Of a stretch of DNA of 64,000 nt, positions 58,952 to 64,000 are shown piece after piece. Position 1 is the stretch's first letter. The number at the start of each line of letters is the position of its first letter. The notes beneath the pieces were generated by a model. The model searched no databases, was not told the DNA's origin, and saw nothing but the letters and a program-made list of their open reading frames with translations. Position numbers and translations under genes: made by a program. The DNA comes from Eledone cirrhosa (lineage: Eukaryota). The stretch is taken from assembly GCA_964016885.1 (NCBI GenBank), contig OZ024746.1:6014001-6078000 (forward strand), read 5' to 3'.

Positions 58952-59894
58952 CTAGCAGTGGTACTCGGCGTTGCACGGGATAAGGTATTTTGGAACGTGG
59001 GCTGCCAACAGACCTAATCGTGGAAAAACTGTATGCCTGGACAATATGTAAAGAAAATAAACTGAATATTCTGATGGCTGGATAATCTTTAAGATTTTAC
59101 TCGATGAAGCAGGAAAAATGCAGGTTTTCACCTAATGCGGGCCCTAGGGGATCAAGAAAATGAATTTTTTTTATGTGCATAATATGCCTTGAAATTTCGG
59201 GAAATTGGCTAGACGTAACGCCTCAAAAAAGCCCTAAAAAGCTGAATAAAAATGAAGTTTTTCATCTAATGCGGGCCCTAGGCCATAAAAAAATTAGAAT
59301 TTCTTTGCACACGGTATGAAGAAGAGACTGACTAATAGAAAGTTACAATTTCAAGGAAATCGATCTGACGTAACGCCTCAAAAACCCCCTAAAAACCTGA
59401 AAAAACGCAGTTTTTCACCTAATGCGGGCCCTAGCTGATCAATAAATTGAATTTTTTATGTGCATAACACTCCCTGAAACATAAGTAATAAACATGTAAA
59501 TTTTGAAAAAAGTCGGTTGGGTACTTCTCGAGTTTTAGGGATTCAAACTCACAGACACACACACACGCACACACACACACACACACACGCAGACATCCTC
59601 ATGGAAGTGACGTAATGCAGACAGCCATACAGACAGATATTATAAGGGCGCAACGTTATATGTATGTATCTATCTAAAAAGAGAAAGACTAAGAATTATA
59701 GAGAGAGATTGCTAAATCGCCTAATGTGGTCCCTAGGGCATTGAAAATTTGAAATTTCTTTTGCTCAGAACACTCCCTGAAACATAAGCATTACATGTGT
59801 AAAGTTTGAAAACAGTCGGTTGGGTGTTTCTCGAGTTTTAGGGATTCAAACTCACACACACACAGACAGACATCCTCAGTCTTATATATATAGA
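58952..59894 (-). mobile_element. Non-autonomous Helitron with internal subrepeats
   Basis: Minus strand 5' TCTATATATATAAG, 3' hairpin CCCGTGCAACGCCGAG and CTAG|T. CTAATGCGGGCCCTAG motif occurs 4 times. Confidence 0.8.
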
Positions 59895-59999
59895 TTATAC
59901 TAAAAACCTGTCCACGTTATACTGAATTTTCAGGAATTGATGAAACTATTTTGAAAACATTCGCACATTTGATGTAATTATTTCTTAAAATCTTATGTC

Positions 60000-61600
60000 A
60001 GCTAGCATTTATCAGGCTCCTTTTAAGTCGTACAGTATTTTCGATGGGTTCATCGTTCTTTCTAATTAATGTTATTTCATCACAAAGTTAATTAACATTG
60101 AAATTCAGTTTTAACTTCGTTTTAAAGCTTCAACGACGTCAACAAATATTCTTTTTCATTTCATTATTGAAATTACCTGTAGAGGTGTTCTTTTTCTTTT
60201 ATTTGAAGTTAACTCTACACCTCCACGAGTGTCTTTCTAACTAGATATCCTATTCACAATTTCAGCCTTGTTTCAAGTGATCCCAGGCATTGATTCTCAA
60301 CTGATTAAAAAATGAACTTGAACAGCCTCTAAAATCGAGCGCCATTAAGGAAATGCATTGTTTAACTTTAGCGTTACATTCAAGTAAACCCAATAAATGA
60401 TATATTACATTTTAATTCATCACCTATCTTAATACTTCTTGTATTAACAGTTTCACTTTGATAATCGACCATTCTTGATTAAAGTTCCACTATTATATTA
60501 AAGTATTCATGAACTGCTTTCAGAATGTTTGTTATGGAACCTAATTGAATTTCAGATTCAAACTTCATTAACTATTGATAGTTCTTGAGAGCCGTTGAGG
60601 AGGCGAAAACGAATAAAATGACTGAATTTCACAGAAAAAGATTTATCATTAATACACCATTGTTAGAAACATACACTTCTATGGAATTAACAGAACGATT
60701 ATCCAAGTTTAGGAAAATGAGAGAAAGAATATCGGAGGGTACAAAACAGCGTTGCGTTTTTTTTTTTATTAACAAATATTATTAACTGCAGCATTGTCCT
60801 AGTAAAAATATCAACTGTTTTCTAAAGGAATTTCGTCTTTTACAAGTTGATCCAAAAATTATTTCCAATATCTTTTCAGCATTATTTCATTTACCTGGAT
60901 ACACGAAAAAAAAACAAAAACAAAAACAAAAAAAACTTTCCGAGAAATTGTTTTCTCCTTAGTTTCGGTATAATACATCTGTTGCGTTCTTTTGACGTTC
61001 TTGATTTTGAATAGAGTGAAGCATTAGGCCAAAATGTTAGGAATGAATGCTATATAGCAATTTTTGATGAACGGCAGAAGCCATCAGTTCAATATATTCA
61101 TGTTTTAATAACAGAAAGAAATATGATATTCTTCTGGGTTTCGTTTTCGCGTTTCTGAGATGTTCTTTTTGGAAAAACTCAAACTTTACCAATTATCACA
61201 TTAACACAGCAACATTTCCAAAATTGCTTTTCTTTTTCTGTCAACACGCAAAGTGACATTTTGGAAATTTCTGCGGAGACCTCACCATTTTTATTTTTCT
61301 GATACAATTCGGCTTGAAAGCATAAATATATTTTTTAAAACATTTCTATGACTCTTTACTATTTTAAAAATACATAATGTAAACCTTTCTGTCCACAGAG
61401 AATCTGCTAAAATTGCATTTTCAAAATATTCCATGAAACTCAAAGAAATACAGCACAACCTATAGAAGGTGCTGAATCACATCTGGTATAGGTTTTGGTG
61501 TATTTTCCTGTGTTAGTATTTTCTGTCTTTTGGAAAACTCTTCTAGTTTTTGAAAGCTGTTCAATTCTTCGTCTAGTACAAGGGGGATTAGTCTATACGC
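60000..61600 (-). pseudogene. Decayed hAT (ZMYM1/Tip100-like) transposase
   Basis: Remnants IELMASAVHQKLL..HFGLML, LDQLVKDEIPLEN..Y*DNAAV and WRSILEAV. Confidence 0.45.
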
Positions 61601-62439
61601 AGTTTTCATGCAGCCAATACCGATGAAAGACCAACATTTTAAAAGCAAGATACTTTCTACTCTTGTATCACGCATAAACCCCCACCCCCACCCCACCCCA
61701 GCCCACACACACACAACGCTTCTTCATTTCCAAATCCCCTCCCCCACTCTTATTCCGCTTATTAAATAAATTTTGCTAATTTATCCCCGGCGAAATTTTA
61801 TTTTTAATGGTAGAATTCCTGTGACAATTAATTTTCTTTAGACATTAAATAACATTATACACGACAAAAAAGTACATTACTAGAAATCTCATCTATATAT
61901 ATAGGATGGGTTGGGGTCTCAATATGTAAACTAAACTACTTAGAAAAATAAAAAAATGACCGATTCTCCAACCACTCCGTTCATTCCATCTACCCCTCGC
62001 TTATTCCAGATAAAGCAAGTCAAAAAAAGCGACAAAGAGATATAAGGGTAGATCGACTCCAGTATTTGACTGGTACTATTTTATCGACCTAGAATGGATT
62101 GAACCAGAGAAGAGAGAGACAGAACGAGTCCACAAAACATTCCATCCGGCGTTCTGTTCACTCTAGCAATTCACCAAATTACTTGATTCATGAATTATTA
62201 AAACAGTACAATCCTATTGTTTAACATAGAAAAGTTGGGCTGTAATTAATGTACTCCCCAACTATTTAAAATCCTATCCCATTACATCGAATTCTATTAT
62301 CAAATTATTATTATTTGTATCTCCATAATTATCAGCACATAGCAAATACGTTTTTTCCAATTAATTCAGATAAAATAATCATATGAATGATATAGTTATA
62401 ATGATTGTATTAAAGGTCATTATTTTCTATTGCCAAATA

Positions 62440-62627
62440 GTGGATTGGCAGTATCGGTAGAGGGTCGGACGCCATTCTTTGACGGATAGAGTTACGGCCT
62501 TTGCCATTCTCAGTTCAAATCCCGCCGAGGTTAACTTTGTCTTTAATCCTTACGGGGAGATAAAATAAAGTACCAGTAATGCACTGGGATAATTGCTGGC
62601 CTTGTGCCAAAAGAAGAAACAATTATT
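62440..62627 (+). mobile_element. SINE family 1 with 23-bp TSD
   Basis: ATTATTTTCTATTGCCAAATAGT at 62419-62441 and 62622-62644. Confidence 0.88.
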
Positions 62628-63020
62628 TTCTATTGCCAAATAGTCTTATAAAAAATGTTACAGAAATATAAGCAATGAGATATCTTGGTGGTTTCTTCAG
62701 AGGAGGTGGGTTCCACCATGTTCAAAAATAGCCGAGAAACGCCGTCAATATGGCTACGGGACTAAAAAAGTGGAATATCTGATTATTTTTCACAGTCTCA
62801 ATAGGGACAGGGAGTCAAATAAAATGGGAGAAAGGGGAAAGTGGGAAGGAAAAAAGAAATATGGGTGCATTTTAGAGAGAGAGAGAGAGTGAAAGAAAGA
62901 TAGACGAGAGGAAAACAAAATAGGAGAAGGGTAGAAAGTACAAGAAGGAGAAAAAGGGAAGCATAGAGAGATAAAAAGAGGGAGCAGCAGTGAATGAAAG
63001 ATAGAAAGAGAGAATGAGAT

Positions 63021-63058
<38 letters not shown>

Positions 63059-63452
63059 AAAGAGAGAAGCGAAACATAATTTACTAAGCGAACAACTCCG
63101 AATTAAGGAGAAAATTAACAGGAACAAATTTAAGAGCTTTCCACTGTCACTCAACAAAATAATATATTTCACTTCGAGGAATCTTCAGAAAGAATTATTG
63201 GAATCAAGGACTATAAAGGGTTCCAATAGTTAGAGTTTGGTCCCTTCCGAACTATCTGTGCGGTCTCGGGATACGCAATCTTTGTGCGTCCATCCCACGA
63301 CTCCATGGCAGGTCACAGTTTTCGAAAATCCCCCTCTATCTAAAGCCTCAACGCGTCCCTTACTAACCAGCGTGAAGGTCGATGCGGTATGACTACCTTT
63401 GTTGTATCTAGCCATATGGAAATGTTTTTCTTTTTTTTTGTGTGCAGTTAAA

Positions 63453-63760
63453 AATGTCTCAGGAAAGAATCGCTGGACAGAGTTTACGGGCAAAGGCGCT
63501 GGATATTTTTTACGAAGAAAACGAGGAGACCCACGGGTTGACCCCGAGCAAGATAGTTGGATAACATAGATGAGCTCAGCTGGTCTCACTTGGATTTTCA
63601 GCCAGATCAGTTGGAGATGACTGCTTTTGACAGGACTTTTCAGGAAGAAGAAGAAGAAGGAGAAGGAGAAGAAGAAGAAGAAGGAGAAGGAGAAGAAGAA
63701 GAAGAAGAAGAAGAAGAAGAAGAAGAAGAAGAAGAAGAAGAAGAAGAAGAAGAAGAAGAA
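63453..63760 (+). mobile_element. RTE LINE 3' fragment with (GAA)n tail
   Basis: Homologous to 20155-20440. Confidence 0.75.
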
Positions 63761-64000
63761 TATAAAACTGAACAGAAATAGGAAATATGTACAGTGGTTA
63801 GTTGCTAAATTGTTGTATGTCGTTTAACATTCTCGTAAATTAATGTGACTGAATGTTTTAGAATAAGTTATTGCAAGGAATTAATAATTCAGGTTATGGA
63901 ATTTTGAAAATATTAGCTCGCTTAGAAGTCTGCTCTTTCATCGATTGATGTCTATATGGTGAATATAAACATTGCAACACTGACTTTCCAGTGTTATGAT

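Noticed and set aside
63165-63195. CTGAAGA..GAAA on the minus strand
   Set aside because: No stem I complement.

Overview
AT-rich, microsatellite-dense eukaryotic (animal) DNA with no recognisable host gene. The SINE types and the density of (TA)n/(CA)n/(GAA)n tracts are most consistent with an octopod cephalopod (inference). The window is a patchwork of decayed mobile elements: Penelope-like elements (PLEs; RT plus C-terminal GIY-YIG endonuclease), RTE and CRE LINE fragments, two or more tRNA-derived SINE families, non-autonomous Helitrons, Chapaev3, maT and hAT transposase fossils, MITEs and several minisatellites. The most notable signal is about ten distinct families of short inserts in (TA)n tracts that carry type I hammerhead ribozyme (HHR) motifs, either complete, variant or 3' half only. 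Most are head-to-head fold-backs whose inner junction lies in the ribozyme or at its predicted cleavage site. They include a 468-bp terminally redundant retrozyme-like unit and a U3-A8 core-variant HHR encoded on both strands. All folds and alignments were done by eye, so boundaries of decayed elements are approximate.
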